64,000 nt of DNA from a virus, in the IMG/VR virus record IMGVR_UViG_3300030693_000012; one strand, given 5' to 3'. Under the pieces are notes generated by a model that saw only the letters and a program-made list of their open reading frames with translations, searched no databases and was not told the DNA's origin. The first letter of the stretch is position 1. Every line of letters starts with the position of its first letter. The translations under genes were made by a program, and so were the position numbers. This document shows positions 9,181 to 18,271 of this stretch, in pieces.

Positions 9181-9404
9181 GGGTCAGAAGAGGTGCAGGG
9201 ACGGGGAGCGTCCAGCCTAATATCCGAGGAAGTGTCCTCCACGGTCATCTCGTCGCCGCCAGTCACCTGCACCTTGCGGCCACTCAGCTCCCCGCTTCTG
9301 GCCTTCTCCCAGACCAAAGTGATAGCCTTGGTCACTTCCTCAAGGATGTCTTCGAGGGCTTTTTCTCGATGTCGTAAATCTCCAGCGCCAACCGGCTCAT
9401 ACAC
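9129..9404 (-). CDS. Hypothetical protein
   Basis: 91-aa ORF coupled to the upstream gene. Confidence 0.45.
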   Translation of the reverse strand: MYEPVGAGDLRHREKALEDILEEVTKAITLVWEKARSGELSGRKVQVTGGDEMTVEDTSSDIRLDAPRPCTSSDPCPACRRVQAAEKASRN

Positions 9405-10107
9405 TCTCCACTCTCGGCATCTCGCCGTCCATCAAACCCTTCAGCCGAATCGCCTCTGCGCGCTTGGCCTTCAGCGCCTCCAGGTCGAGGAGATGCTGGT
9501 ACTCCCGCCCAGCCTTCGATCCCTTCAGCGGTGTGGTCGTGCTGCCGATGATCCCGCAGACGCCGCAGCGGTGCAGCTTTGACTGGTGCCGGAAGATGCC
9601 GTCGCAGATATGGGGTCTATCCGTCGCAGAAGGCGGCCCGAAGCGTCCGGCGTCACCCAGGGAATCCTTACCAATCCCACAGCGCCCGAAGAGGCAGCGG
9701 CACATAGGAGCGCCTTTGACGCGGCCCTCCTGAACTTCCTTGCGTAGCTCCAAATACTCATCGACCACCTGCACTGTCTCTTCCATTTCACTCTCCCTCC
9801 GGCGAATCCCATGCGCCAACGCCAACTCGTCCATTTCGCTAGGATTCCGGATTCCGGAATCTGCCTTGATGAACTTTCCCACCCAGTCGCCTATTCGAAC
9901 AGTGGCAATGAGGCAACCTTCGCGGGTCTCTTTCGTAACTTGAGCGTCTGGATATGCCGCTTGCAGAGCGGCAAGGATCCGTTCCTGCCTCCCTGACTTG
10001 CCATAACCACGACAGCCCCAGTGCATGCGCAAAACTCGCGGCGAGTCGAGGGGCCAAATAAGCCTCTCTGCATCGTCGCGAGTCGGTGTGTTATCAGCCA
10101 TTTGCAA
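9397..10107 (-). CDS. Hypothetical Cys-rich protein
   Basis: 236 aa; contains MDELALAHGIRRRE and several Cys pairs. Confidence 0.55.
   Translation of the reverse strand: MQMADNTPTRDDAERLIWPLDSPRVLRMHWGCRGYGKSGRQERILAALQAAYPDAQVTKETREGCLIATVRIGDWVGKFIKADSGIRNPSEMDELALAHGIRRRESEMEETVQVVDEYLELRKEVQEGRVKGAPMCRCLFGRCGIGKDSLGDAGRFGPPSATDRPHICDGIFRHQSKLHRCGVCGIIGSTTTPLKGSKAGREYQHLLDLEALKAKRAEAIRLKGLMDGEMPRVESV
9843..9861. repeat. 19-bp palindrome GATTCCGGAWTCCGGAATC, copy 1
   Basis: Exact match, inside a CDS. Confidence 0.9.
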
Positions 10108-10122
10108 AGCACCTTCAAACCT

Positions 10123-10500
10123 CTACTTGCTGCACGCCTGATTGACGACGGCAACCGCAGCGTCATAGGTGGAGAAGGGAACCGCGCGGAGGTCGCGCTT
10201 CGCTCCGAAATGCTCGTAGGCGAAAGCGTAGAAGGTGCCAACTTGGCCCTCGTCCACATAGCCGCAGCGGCCAGCCACGAAGACGATGGTCAGCTCGTTG
10301 GCCGCAAGGCGCCGGCCAGGTGCTTCGCTGAACGAAGCGCCCAGTGGAACCGGGGCCGGAGCCAACAGAGGGTCAGCAACCGGTCCGGCGAACGAGACGT
10401 TGACGGCCGTCGGGACGCCAACCTTGGATTGGGCGAATATGCCCGGTGCTACGAGGATGAAAACGATGAGGTAAAAACCGATCTTCCTGATGCTCTGCAT
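10123..10500 (-). CDS. Exported hypothetical protein
   Basis: Signal peptide MQSIRKIGFYLIVFILVAPGIFA|Q. Confidence 0.6.
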   Translation of the reverse strand: MQSIRKIGFYLIVFILVAPGIFAQSKVGVPTAVNVSFAGPVADPLLAPAPVPLGASFSEAPGRRLAANELTIVFVAGRCGYVDEGQVGTFYAFAYEHFGAKRDLRAVPFSTYDAAVAVVNQACSK

Positions 10501-10558
10501 GACGTCCTCCTGCGGACGATTTCAGTTGAGAAGAGTTAGAGGCCCGAGGGGCGGCTGG

Positions 10559-11083
10559 TTAGGCCGCCGCCTGATGCTTTGCGTTGTGACGCTTGCGGGC
10601 GTCGCGAAGGGCCTCGGCTGCGCTGGTGCCGGTCCCGATGATGAGCTTGCCGTCCTCGACGAAGCGACCCGTCTCGCTGGTCGTGACGCCAACCCGGAAG
10701 CGGCCATTCGTCGCCCAGACCACAGCCTTGTCGCCAAGGAAGCTCTGAGCCTCGGCCAGCGCCTGATCCTCGGTGACCTTGTTAGCGCGGGGGGTGACGG
10801 TCGCCTCGAAGGTCTTGCTGTCGACGGTCGCCTCATAGGCCGCGTCATCGTCCTGATCGAGCATGACCGTCTCGATCTCCAGGTTCTCGACCTGCTCATC
10901 CAGCTCCTCAGCCGTGCGGATCACTACGGCCAACTTCGCGCGGTTCGTCTTGCCCTCGGGCATTTCGAAGCGATAGCCCTTGGGGCTGGTGAACTTCTGG
11001 CCGTCAAACACGATGCCGTAACGGCGGGTAGCTGCGCCGAGCTGGAAGCTGCTGATGTCCTTGATTTTCTTGGTGATTGCCAT
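10559..11083 (-). CDS. Early hypothetical protein
   Basis: 174 aa; first gene after a promoter cassette, with RBS GAGGA. Confidence 0.75.
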   Translation of the reverse strand: MAITKKIKDISSFQLGAATRRYGIVFDGQKFTSPKGYRFEMPEGKTNRAKLAVVIRTAEELDEQVENLEIETVMLDQDDDAAYEATVDSKTFEATVTPRANKVTEDQALAEAQSFLGDKAVVWATNGRFRVGVTTSETGRFVEDGKLIIGTGTSAAEALRDARKRHNAKHQAAA

Positions 11084-11135
11084 TGTCTTGTCCTCGGTTC
11101 TCAGTTTGGATTTTTACTACTCTCTCACTGTCTAA

Positions 11136-11176
11136 ATACTACTAAACTAGACCCGAAGAGTCAACAAAAATCGACA
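11136..11176 (-). promoter_or_regulatory. Early promoter cassette (TTGACT-N17-TAGTAT)
   Basis: Shared upstream block CGATTTTTG and leader CCAAACTGAGAACCGAGGA. Confidence 0.8.
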
Positions 11177-11275
11177 CGACGTTGCTATAGGGGCTGCTCT
11201 GCGATGCGCAACGGAAGGGGACATGCTCCGGCAGTTGAGGGGCGGCGAGGGCGAGGGCGAGTAGGGCGAGGTGGA

Positions 11276-11470
11276 TCATTCTGGCTCCTTCATTTGAGAT
11301 TCTGCAGCTTGGCCGATGGCGTCGACGAAGACCCGCGCCTCGTCGGTCTTGGGGAGGACGAGGATCGTCCACGACATGAGCTGGAACGCCACGACCATCC
11401 GCAAACCATTCCAGATCCTCCGCAGGGATTCGCGGATCGGGGTCGGCGGCCGCTGATTGAGGAGGATCAC
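11276..11470 (-). CDS. Small hypothetical protein
   Basis: Overlaps the stop of the J-domain gene. Confidence 0.45.
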   Translation of the reverse strand: MILLNQRPPTPIRESLRRIWNGLRMVVAFQLMSWTILVLPKTDEARVFVDAIGQAAESQMKEPE

Positions 11471-12057
11471 AACCGCTCCCCGCGAATGGCGAGACCACGG
11501 CGTCGAGCCTCAGTTAGCTCTTGAAATTGCGCCACCGCGTCCGCCGCTTTATTCACATCTGGATGGAGGGTGCGGGCAAGTTTACGGAATGCGCCCTCGA
11601 TCTCCTCGATGCTGGCAGAAGCTGGTATATCCAGCACCTTCCACCATGCCCGCCGAGCACCAGTCTCCAACTGCATGAATCCTTTGAACGCTCGCTCCAG
11701 CATCTCCGACGCTCCCCAGCGCTCGATCCCGCGCAGAGCTTCGATCGTCTTGCCGATGGCCTGAAGGTTCTCCGCGATGGTATCGAAGCGGTCGCTGGCG
11801 AACACCACCTGCTTCTCGTTTCGCGTGAAGTAGACTGCGACGCCAGCGTCGACCGGGTCGCGATCCATCCGCATCGTGCCGTCCTGCTTCAGTGGCACAT
11901 TGCTGGATATCACCATGGCCTTGCCGCCCATACGACGAACCTCGGCTTCTACGAACTTATGAGCCTTGGAAGTGGTCGTAGAGAAGTTCGACTCTCCGGG
12001 GTTTGCAGTACGCGGCCAACCTTCCGGCCATTCCAGGGGATAGGCGCTTACGCTCAT
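11467..12057 (-). CDS. Phage J-domain (DnaJ-like) protein
   Basis: N-terminal AYPLEWPEGWPRT; C-terminal WWKVLDI...AFRKLARTLHPDV J-domain with HPD. Confidence 0.9.
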   Translation of the reverse strand: MSVSAYPLEWPEGWPRTANPGESNFSTTTSKAHKFVEAEVRRMGGKAMVISSNVPLKQDGTMRMDRDPVDAGVAVYFTRNEKQVVFASDRFDTIAENLQAIGKTIEALRGIERWGASEMLERAFKGFMQLETGARRAWWKVLDIPASASIEEIEGAFRKLARTLHPDVNKAADAVAQFQELTEARRRGLAIRGERL

Positions 12058-12438
12058 CGCGCCCCCAGCAGCATTCCGCCCTTGCGAGGCAAGAGCGAGC
12101 GCTTCACAGGGATACGAAGGCGGCATCCAGCGATGACGACATCCGCCCAGCTTCCGCGGTAGAGCGCGATGCTTTCGGCTTCGACTTCGGTGGTGGTGCG
12201 TTCGTCGATCACGACGGCGCGAGCGCGGCGGCCGCTGGCTGTCGGGCTGACGAGGGCGTGATACCGGGGAAGTGTTTCTACGATCTTGAGACGTGCCATA
12301 AAACCTCCAGCGCGGGCTGCTTCTCTTTCCTCACAAGGCCCGAAGGCTGCGGAGAACGTTGACATTTGACGCCGTTCCAGACGGTCGCACCCGCTGAAGT
12401 GGCGGGAGCGAGCGAGGCAAATCACCCGCTCCCGTGGA

Positions 12439-12999
12439 TTACTCGTCGCTGCCAGCAGCAGCTTCCTTGCCGGACTTCTTCGCAGCCTTCGCCGTCTTCT
12501 CCGCAGGAGCGTCCTGCAAATCGAGCGTGCCCTGAACCTCGTGAGCGCGAAGGAAGATCGAGCCCTTGAGGTTCTGCAGCGCCCAGCCTACGATCGCCTG
12601 CCCGACCGGCCCTTCAGCGCGGACGGTCGTCGAGAAGGTGAGGTACAGCTCCTTGACGGAGCCCTCCTGCTCGGTGGGGCGGAAGACCTGCAGCCCGGTG
12701 AGGCCACACGAGGGGAAGGTCTGATCGGGAACCGTGTGCCCGGGCGTCATGTACGCTTCGAGCGTGGCAAAGAACTCCGAGCTGACCTTGGCCTGAGTGA
12801 TGCCGTTATTGTGGTCGCCGATGACCTTAGCTGCGGACTTCACGCACTTCGGGCAGAGCTCGAGGGTTTCGGGAGTGAGCGGAACTTCAAAGTCCAGGCG
12901 AAGGCGGGTCTCACCCTCGCTGTTCTTCTTCGGGCCCCAGTTGGCGAGGGTCACTGGGATCGGTTCGGGGGAGTTTTGCAAGAAGCGTTCTTGTGCCAT
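12439..12999 (-). CDS. Hypothetical protein
   Basis: 186 aa with good RBS and plausible composition. Confidence 0.7.
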   Translation of the reverse strand: MAQERFLQNSPEPIPVTLANWGPKKNSEGETRLRLDFEVPLTPETLELCPKCVKSAAKVIGDHNNGITQAKVSSEFFATLEAYMTPGHTVPDQTFPSCGLTGLQVFRPTEQEGSVKELYLTFSTTVRAEGPVGQAIVGWALQNLKGSIFLRAHEVQGTLDLQDAPAEKTAKAAKKSGKEAAAGSDE

Positions 13000-13165
13000 C
13001 GGTGTTCCTTTTTGCCATGGGCTGCACGGCGTTTATAGCCCCGCACTCTCCACAGTCGATCACGGCGGAGCCGGTCTCCAGAAGGGCGGTTTCATTTTTC
13101 AGTGAATCGGCGCGGACGCCACAGGCTGGGCAAAACACTTACTGAAACCTCCGCGAGTACGTTTG

Positions 13166-13194
13166 ACGCTAGCAGCTAGTTAGTAGTAAGTCAA
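13166..13194 (-). promoter_or_regulatory. Putative promoter TTGACT-N17-TAGCGT
   Basis: AT-rich intergenic island containing TACTACTAA. Confidence 0.55.
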
Positions 13195-13198
13195 TCCG

Positions 13199-13573
13199 TC
13201 AGGCGCGGAAATCTTCCAGTCCGGGGAGGAAAAGTCCGGCACAACTCAAGAAGCCAGGCGGGCACTTCGGGTGGAGGCAGCAGCGATGACAAACCCAGCG
13301 CCTCGGGTCCGCCCCCCGGTCGATCTCCCAGATGGTCTCGCCCTCGAAAATGGCATCGCCGCACCTCGGGCAGTCACCCCAGAAGACCGGCTCCGGCCTG
13401 GGCGGCGGAACCCACTCCGGCTGAGGCTTGAGCGGGCACTCGTCCATGTGCTTCTGCACGCCCTTGAGGGTTTTCCACTTCGGCTCCGGCCAGAGGTTGT
13501 CGTCCGAGAGCGGCGGGTGGCAGCGGTAGCCGCAGCGATAGCGGCCCTTGGCGTCAGGACCGAGGGGTTGCAC
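13199..13573 (-). CDS. Cys/His-rich hypothetical protein
   Basis: GTG start with GGAG; CPRC and CHRC motifs. Confidence 0.55.
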   Translation of the reverse strand: MQPLGPDAKGRYRCGYRCHPPLSDDNLWPEPKWKTLKGVQKHMDECPLKPQPEWVPPPRPEPVFWGDCPRCGDAIFEGETIWEIDRGADPRRWVCHRCCLHPKCPPGFLSCAGLFLPGLEDFRA

Positions 13574-13751
13574 GCGGCCACGCTCCGACCATCCAGTACA
13601 TCTTTGACGGCTCCCACCACCACTCGCCACTGTGAACCCAGATGCCCAGCGTGAGGACAAGGGCGATGAGGTGGAAGGGCGCGGCGATGAGTGAGATGCC
13701 CACGCCGAAGATAATCCAAAGAACACGGCGGAAGAAAAGACTAGCTGTCAA
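13554..13751 (-). CDS. Small membrane protein
   Basis: Long hydrophobic segment. Confidence 0.5.
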   Translation of the reverse strand: MTASLFFRRVLWIIFGVGISLIAAPFHLIALVLTLGIWVHSGEWWWEPSKMYWMVGAWPRATPRS

Positions 13752-14266
13752 AATAGGCCTCCCTTGACCTTCGGTTTTCCGCCTTTACTCTGGCGCTTCC
13801 ACATCAACTTGGCCCCTTCCCCGCCCGTCGCCAGGCGGGAGAAGACGTCATTCTGATCCCACGGCTCTAGATTCTCCACCATGAACGCGACCAGCTTCCG
13901 GAAGCCCTTCGCGCTCATCTTCCCCTTCCTCAAATTACAAGAGGCGCACGCCGGCACGAGGTTGGTGAGCGCGGCGAGGATCTGAACGTGTAAGCCGGTC
14001 TTGCCCCAGGCGAGGGGTTCTTCATGGTCCGGCACGAGGGTCGCGACGGTGAGCAGGGCGTTGCAGTAGGAGCATTTCACCAGCCCCTCCTTCGTGCCCA
14101 GCACCCACAGCAGCCAGCCACGGAACTCGGCCAGGCTGAACGGTAGACCACCCGACTCCTTGATGCGCTTGCGGTTCGCCATGCTGCCATAGAGAACCCG
14201 TGAGCGAGCATCGAAGATCGCGTCGATCTGGGGCTTGAGGGCTGCGCTCTTGCGTCCGCGCGTCAC
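13748..14266 (-). CDS. HNH endonuclease
   Basis: CSYC...DHEEP...NLVPACASCNLRKG. Confidence 0.85.
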   Translation of the reverse strand: MTRGRKSAALKPQIDAIFDARSRVLYGSMANRKRIKESGGLPFSLAEFRGWLLWVLGTKEGLVKCSYCNALLTVATLVPDHEEPLAWGKTGLHVQILAALTNLVPACASCNLRKGKMSAKGFRKLVAFMVENLEPWDQNDVFSRLATGGEGAKLMWKRQSKGGKPKVKGGLF

Positions 14267-14409
14267 TTCTTGAACCCTCTGGCGATGGCGAACGCCTTCT
14301 GCTTCGCCAAAACGCTAGCCTGATCCTTCACGGCCTCAGCATAGTGATCCCGACAATAGCCGGTCTTGCACACTTGATGGAGGGCGACCTTGCCGCAATG
14401 ACACTTCAT
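14263..14409 (-). CDS. Small zinc-finger protein (48 aa)
   Basis: Manual translation MKCHCGKVALHQVCKTGYCRDHYAEAV...; overlaps both neighbours. Confidence 0.55.
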   Translation of the reverse strand: MKCHCGKVALHQVCKTGYCRDHYAEAVKDQASVLAKQKAFAIARGFKK

Positions 14410-15332
14410 TCTGCCCTCGCTGGCTGCTGGATCCGAAGGTCCTCGGGGAAGTTCTCGATGTCTGCGAAGCCGGTCGTCATATCGAGCTGGGAGAGCTGCT
14501 TCTGAAAGAACGGGACGTCTGCATAGGCCGCCTGATCGCGGATAAACCGGAAGAAGTGGTGCGGTGTCGGACGAATCTTACTCAAGGGGCCACTCTCTCC
14601 GCCCACCACGATCCACGAGATCGGCCCTTCGATGGGCTGGTCGTCGATCGTCAGATGAAGGAAATCGTGAATCCCGCCGCCGCAATCCTCGCACCGACCA
14701 GACTTCGCGTCGAAGCTGAATTTGTGTGGCATCCACGGCCCCAGATTCACCGCCTCAAGTAGAGGCTCCATCGACAGCCAGCGCATGTGAACCGGCCAGA
14801 GGATGATGATGGGCATGCGGAGGTCAGCGTGGCGCTGGGTTCCAATGCTCGCGCCCCAATGAACGTGCTTCATCCGCCCCACAAGCTCCCTCCGCGCCGG
14901 GGAGCTGGTCATGTACTCCAGCGCCCGCCCGACGCGCTTGGTGAGAACCTGATAGATGTGCCAATCGGCCTTCGCCATCACATACATAATCTGGTCGACC
15001 ATGTCGAAGTCCAGCTTCTCGTGGAACAAGTCGCTCATTGAATTTACAAAGATCCGCCGCGGCTTCTTCCATTTGATCGGATCGGCCAGGTGCTTCTCGA
15101 TGAAGCTAACTCGCCCAGTCCAAAGCGGCTCCCCGCCCTGAATCACCGTCAACCCTTCGTACGCCTTTCCGGGTCCGGAGAGACGCGGGTGGGACGCTAC
15201 CCTCGCTGCGTAGCAGAATTGACATAGCGGGTCCGATTCCTTTTTCCCGCCGATGGTGTCGATCATTCGACTGCAACCCCGGATCGGTCCCCATGTCGAG
15301 TCCGCCCACGTGATACCCGTTTTCGTTCCCAT
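14406..15332 (-). CDS. Phage Gp37/Gp68 (DUF5131) family protein
   Basis: MGTKTGITWADSTWGPIRGC...CYA...PRRIFVNSMSDLFHE...WIVVGGESG. Confidence 0.9.
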   Translation of the reverse strand: MGTKTGITWADSTWGPIRGCSRMIDTIGGKKESDPLCQFCYAARVASHPRLSGPGKAYEGLTVIQGGEPLWTGRVSFIEKHLADPIKWKKPRRIFVNSMSDLFHEKLDFDMVDQIMYVMAKADWHIYQVLTKRVGRALEYMTSSPARRELVGRMKHVHWGASIGTQRHADLRMPIIILWPVHMRWLSMEPLLEAVNLGPWMPHKFSFDAKSGRCEDCGGGIHDFLHLTIDDQPIEGPISWIVVGGESGPLSKIRPTPHHFFRFIRDQAAYADVPFFQKQLSQLDMTTGFADIENFPEDLRIQQPARAE

Positions 15333-15696
15333 AGAAAGCACCCTTCTTGAGCCTGAGATTGCGTGCGACGGTGTTTCGGTGGATGCCCAGCACGTCAGCC
15401 GCGGCGCTCTGGTTTCCCTTGCACGCGCGAACGGTCGCCAGGATGACCTCGCGGAGCAGAGCGTCCTTGAGAGAGCCGAAGCTGTCGGCCTTGCGGACGA
15501 GCGACATGAGGTAGGCGTCGCGCATCGACCGGCTGGGGAGGCGGAGCGCTGCATCGCGCCACGCCCTCGCCGCCGTTCCAGCCCTGCCGAGTATCACCTT
15601 GCCGTCGCGGATGACGAAGCAGCCAGCGTCCAGCTCGACGCATTGCGCCAAGTGGCGGGACTCGAGGACGAGCGCCATTGCTGCGATCGGCGTCAT
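15106..15696 (-). CDS. Fis-like helix-turn-helix protein (C-terminus overlaps the next gene)
   Basis: GNQSAAADVLGIHRNTVARNLR resembles the Fis/HTH_8 motif. Confidence 0.7.
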   Translation of the reverse strand: MTPIAAMALVLESRHLAQCVELDAGCFVIRDGKVILGRAGTAARAWRDAALRLPSRSMRDAYLMSLVRKADSFGSLKDALLREVILATVRACKGNQSAAADVLGIHRNTVARNLRLKKGAFYGNENGYHVGGLDMGTDPGLQSNDRHHRREKGIGPAMSILLRSEGSVPPASLRTRKGVRRVDGDSGRGAALDWAS

Positions 15697-15974
15697 ACGA
15701 GCTGAATCGGCTTGGTCTTGACCACCGACTCGTCATCCACCCGGCCACGCCGGAGCTCGACGATGCGGTCAGCCATCTTGGCACTCAGCTCGGCCACGAC
15801 CGCGAGAATCTGGAGCGCCTCGGAGGGGGAAACCCTGCTTCCGTCAGCGTGAACGCTGCGTGAGGCGTCGACCACGACGCCGCCACACTGCTGGAGGACG
15901 ATGGTTTCCCATAGCTTTTTTTCTGCTTCATTACGGAGGACCGGGCGAGTGAGGGATAAATCAGGGGCTTCCAT
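15693..15974 (-). CDS. Hypothetical protein
   Basis: ATG MEAPD coupled to the upstream stop. Confidence 0.5.
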   Translation of the reverse strand: MEAPDLSLTRPVLRNEAEKKLWETIVLQQCGGVVVDASRSVHADGSRVSPSEALQILAVVAELSAKMADRIVELRRGRVDDESVVKTKPIQLV

Positions 15975-15975
15975 G

Positions 15976-16302
15976 TCAGCTCTTTCTCGGAACAGCTTTC
16001 GGTTGGTGGGCATACCGGTGGCAGTCGCGGCAGCCGTAGAGTAGGTTGTCCAGAGCGTCATCGCCGCCCGCTCCGGTGGACAGAATGTGCATACCGTCGC
16101 CTTGGACCGGCGGTATCCATCGTTTGCAGATGCCCTCGCAGCGGTTGTTCGCTCTCTGGGCCAACTCCTCGCGCCGCCGATCCCAAGCCTTCTGAGTGAC
16201 GCAATACTCGCGAAACCCCCGAGGGTGGGCGGCGTCCGGAATCCTCTGAACGCCGTCCACCACGGGGTACTTCCCTACAGCCTTGCGCCGAACGACGCCC
16301 AT
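15976..16302 (-). CDS. HNH-like endonuclease
   Basis: RCEGIC...H...DDALDNLLYGCRDCH. Confidence 0.7.
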   Translation of the reverse strand: MGVVRRKAVGKYPVVDGVQRIPDAAHPRGFREYCVTQKAWDRRREELAQRANNRCEGICKRWIPPVQGDGMHILSTGAGGDDALDNLLYGCRDCHRYAHQPKAVPRKS

Positions 16303-17282
16303 TACAGGACGAGATAAGCGGCGGTGACCGTTCCCTCGCCCTCACAGGTGAGACAGGGAAGATCGACGTTATCGCTCCGCTCTCCCGACCCATGGCAAGT
16401 TGGGCATTCGATGGAGTCGGCGGGCGTCAAGATCTCCTCGTCATGGCGGGTGGCATACCCTCCGTCTTCCTCGCCGTCGATCGAACCTTCGTCATCCGGG
16501 ACCGTCCGCATGCGCTCCTTCTCTTTCGCCGCCCCGCTCCGCCCCTCGGCCTCCGAAGCTGCCAGGCTCTCCTCGTACTCCGCGCCGTAGGTGGCCTCGT
16601 ACTCTTGACACATCGACTGGAACCAACGGTCGGTGAATGGAAGCGGGTTGGGGTTCTTGCCCTCTTCCAGCGTCACATCCTCGCGGGTGACGTGAACGGC
16701 GATGGCAGCGCACCGCTGCATCATGGCGTCGGTGTCCGCATTGAACTCGTACTGGCGCCGGACGAGGACGACCGCGCCGCCGGGAACGTGCCGGCCAGCT
16801 TCCGACTCCGCCTTCGCGTGCAGCGCCGGGGCTTCCTTGAAGACTTCCTTCTTGAACTCGGCCGCCGAGAGGGTCTTGGCTTGCACGATGTGGGTCGCCG
16901 TGATGGGGATATTGGCTTTCTTCATCTGGGCCAGAGCGGTCGCGTTGCCCTGCGTCATGCCCCGGACATCCTCGCGGCTCACAGTCTCGTCCTTGACCAG
17001 CAGCTTGAAGACACGCATGGCCTCGAAGACCTGCGTCTTGCCATTGCGGTCCGGCAGCCGGGCCTTGATGTAATCCTCGAACACCGGGATACCGAGGGCG
17101 GTGTGATAGCCCTTGGTGCGGGCTTCGTCGAACATCTCACCGAGGGCTGTCCAGTCTCGGTACACGCGCTCGACGGTGGTAGTGATCCGCGCGTCGAGCT
17201 TCTGGGCCGCTTTCAGAAAGCGGACATCAATGGGGTCAGGGGTGGTTTCGACGAACTGGGCGGGCTTGGGAACGAGTTGCAT
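16302..17282 (-). CDS. Hypothetical protein with acidic region and C-terminal DnaJ-type zinc-finger repeats
   Basis: RBS GGAGG before MQLVPK; CPTCHGSG and CLTCEGEG. Confidence 0.75.
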   Translation of the reverse strand: MQLVPKPAQFVETTPDPIDVRFLKAAQKLDARITTTVERVYRDWTALGEMFDEARTKGYHTALGIPVFEDYIKARLPDRNGKTQVFEAMRVFKLLVKDETVSREDVRGMTQGNATALAQMKKANIPITATHIVQAKTLSAAEFKKEVFKEAPALHAKAESEAGRHVPGGAVVLVRRQYEFNADTDAMMQRCAAIAVHVTREDVTLEEGKNPNPLPFTDRWFQSMCQEYEATYGAEYEESLAASEAEGRSGAAKEKERMRTVPDDEGSIDGEEDGGYATRHDEEILTPADSIECPTCHGSGERSDNVDLPCLTCEGEGTVTAAYLVL

Positions 17283-17330
17283 GTGGTCCTCCGGGGTTGC
17301 GCTCCGCGAGAGCGTCTGGGTGAGACTCAA

Positions 17331-17358
17331 ATACTATCAAACTGAGTGGGGAAGTCAA
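17331..17358 (-). promoter_or_regulatory. Promoter TTGACT-N16-TAGTAT
   Basis: Same hexamers as the early promoter family. Confidence 0.65.
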
Positions 17359-17497
17359 GGCATGAGAGCGACACGCATCGCCACCAACCAATCGAGGTTC
17401 GCCACCGATCCGCCCTCCGGGAACCATGTGATCCAGTAATAACCGGACAACGGACCGCCAGGCGAACCTATCCACATTCGAGTAACCCTGCGCTTCG

Positions 17498-18271
17498 TCA
17501 CAGCTTGACCTCGATTCCGGATTCCGGAATAATCCCCTGCAGAAGCTTCTGTGCCGACGTGAGGTGACCCTTCGGCTCGCCCGCTCCCAGGCGGCGGAAG
17601 GTCTTCGCAGACTCCGAGACCTTGGCCCAACGCGCGTACTCAGCCAGGAAGTCTCGGCGGCGGAACGGGAACGCTTCGGGCGGGATGGCTTTCAGCTTTA
17701 CCCAGCCCCCCAGACGCGCTACAGAGTCCTTCAGGCGCTCCGGCACGTCCGGAACCTCCTCGACCACCTTGCAGGAGCAGACAGAGGCCACGTTGGAGCT
17801 GCCATGCGCTTTCACGACCATCCCAGACCCGGTGCAGAGCGGGCAATCAGCCAGGGGAGGATTCACGAACCGGCGAAGCTCGATGCCATCCCCGACCGGG
17901 CGACCGAACTTCTCCGCCAGTTTGACCGCCTCATCCCACGCGGCCACACCCTCGACGGACTCAGCTTCGTCGCCCATCACAAGCCCGGCTTTCTTCAGGA
18001 TGTCTCCCAACACCAGCTTCGGAGGGTACCCGTTCGAGCTGATCGACTCGCGGCGGCAGCGCGCCAGCGCCACATCGATCTGCCGGTCCTCCAGGTGGCA
18101 AAGGTCGAGCGCCATGACCTTCAGCGACTCCGGGGACAGCTCAGTCCCCATCGCCCCAGCGGTAGCCCCCAGCCGATCCACTATGGCCTTGAGTCTTTGC
18201 GGCGATTTCATCGAGCTCGTTGAGGACTTGGGCGACGGCGTTGCGGGTACGATCTCCGGGGGTCTTTCCAT
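17498..18271 (-). CDS. Probable helicase loader / replication partner protein
   Basis: Follows the initiator; helical N-terminus, CPLCTGSG...CSC zinc motif; start uncertain. Confidence 0.5.
   Translation of the reverse strand: MERPPEIVPATPSPKSSTSSMKSPQRLKAIVDRLGATAGAMGTELSPESLKVMALDLCHLEDRQIDVALARCRRESISSNGYPPKLVLGDILKKAGLVMGDEAESVEGVAAWDEAVKLAEKFGRPVGDGIELRRFVNPPLADCPLCTGSGMVVKAHGSSNVASVCSCKVVEEVPDVPERLKDSVARLGGWVKLKAIPPEAFPFRRRDFLAEYARWAKVSESAKTFRRLGAGEPKGHLTSAQKLLQGIIPESGIEVKL
17513..17531. repeat. 19-bp palindrome, copy 2 (18/19 match)
   Basis: GATTCCGGATTCCGGAATA at the 3' end of a CDS. Confidence 0.85.

Noticed and set aside
11142-11290. Short signal-peptide-like ORF (MIHLALLALALAAPQ)
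   Set aside because: It runs into the promoter cassette at 11136-11176 and has little supporting context; not called.
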